Source: Tricharina praecox (Eukaryota). Taken from it: a stretch of 64,000 nucleotides of DNA. Below the pieces are notes generated by a model. The model made no database searches. It was not told where the DNA came from and saw nothing but the letters and a program-made list of their open reading frames with translations. The stretch is taken from NCBI RefSeq assembly GCF_024521635.1, contig NW_026250405.1, positions 868,001 to 932,000 of the forward strand. The letters are read 5' to 3'. Below, one piece after another: positions 62,977-64,000 of the stretch; the stretch's first letter is position 1, and the number at the start of each line of letters is the position of its first letter. Position numbers and translations under genes: made by a program.

Positions 62977-64000
62977 CTACGCCTTCTTCCTCCCCCACCA
63001 AGCGCCAAACTCCATGCACTCACCGCCGCGCAGCCCATGGCCATCGAACCAGTTCCACATCAGCTCACGGTACCAGCCATCCCACTCGTCGAGGTCAATC
63101 TCGTTCGCGTCCCGCAGCATAGGCTCCATAGCCTCGATGAGCTGGACGAACGCGAGCTTTGCGAGCTGTCGTACGGCGCGCTCCTCGTCCGCCAGCGGGG
63201 ACGGGTAGCAGCTGTCGATGGAGGTGGAGGATCTCCGATTGCTGTAGTGGTGCGATTGTGCGCCGCTGCCTCTCCGTTTCCGAAAGACCTGTTTCGACGA
63301 GCCCGCGAGGGATTCGACGCTGCTGCCGCCGGTACTCCGTCGCTTCGAGCAGGTGGAGCTGGAGGTGTCAGATGCAGAATCCACGTTTGGTGATTCCCAC
63401 CAGATCGTGTCCAGCGGGAGAGCGAGGCGTTTGGTTTGTATGGCGGTCACGTTGTCTTCCATGACTATGCTTGGGCCGGCGAGGGTGCATGGTACCGGCG
63501 GGAGGTCGCGGCCCATGAGCGCTTTCTGCACCCGCTCGTTCCATTGTTGGATGAACGCGTTTTCGCTGTTGGGGTTGAGTTGAACCATGCCGCTCACGTC
63601 GTAGGCACTCGATGTCGGCGAGTAGGGGATGCTTGTACGCTGGATCGTGCGGATGACGTAGTCGTCTTTTCTAGAGTTAGCATGCGATGATCGACACGGA
63701 CCGAGGCGGAGACGGGGAAGGAGACGGTGAAGGAGACGGAGACGTACTGCACTGGAGCTCAAAGCACCCTCCCGGTCTCAGCAGACGCATCATCTCGCCG
63801 ATGATGCCGGAGTACATATTCTTCGCCGGTATCGACAGCATCATATCCCTCGCAAAGATGAAGTCGAACGAATTATCCTCGAACGGCAGCGGGGCCATGA
63901 GGATGTTGTGCTTGACGAACCTAAAGTTGACGCCCTTCATCTCCATGTATGTGGGCTCGAGGTCGAGCCCGGTGAACTCGATGTCGGGCCGTCCCAACGC
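62977..64000 (-). CDS. SAM-dependent methyltransferase-domain protein, 3' part only (intron ~63666-63747)
   Basis: FTGLDL, LPFEDNSFDFIFARD and EMMRLLRPGGCFELQ are class I methyltransferase motifs. The gene continues into ORF 62977-63762 and ends in ECMEFGAWWGRK; it runs off the window edge. Confidence 0.85.

Noticed and set aside
1..64000. tRNA, rRNA, snoRNA or transposase/reverse-transcriptase genes
   Set aside because: GTTCGA hits lack cloverleaf context and no TE protein motifs or terminal repeats were seen; covariance-model searches would be needed to exclude small RNAs.

Overview
Eukaryotic (filamentous ascomycete, probably Pezizomycotina/Pezizales-like; this is inferred from short GT-AG introns with CTRAC/CTRAT branch sites, gene content and dense microsatellites) genomic window with about 17 intron-containing or single-exon protein genes. 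In order: BCAS3/Atg18-like WD40 protein, F-box/LRR-like protein with a Cys-rich tail, Trf4/Cid14 poly(A) polymerase, RBM42-like RRM protein, a 23-aa metallothionein, Rds1-like ferritin-fold secreted protein, an RGG-tail protein, a Cys-repeat type-I membrane protein, heterotrimeric G-protein gamma subunit, a hotdog-fold thioesterase, two tandem cytochrome P450s, ERG3, MED11, SMC1, a patatin-like lipase and a partial SAM methyltransferase. The metallothionein and G-gamma genes are not recovered intact by the ORF track. The most unusual signal is in the thioesterase gene: its conserved DSMGHVNN motif can only be assembled with a 9-nt exon followed by a single-nucleotide exon (position 44026) flanked by two complete introns. 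No RNA genes, CRISPR arrays or intact transposons were recognised. All exon boundaries were read by eye and lack transcript support.
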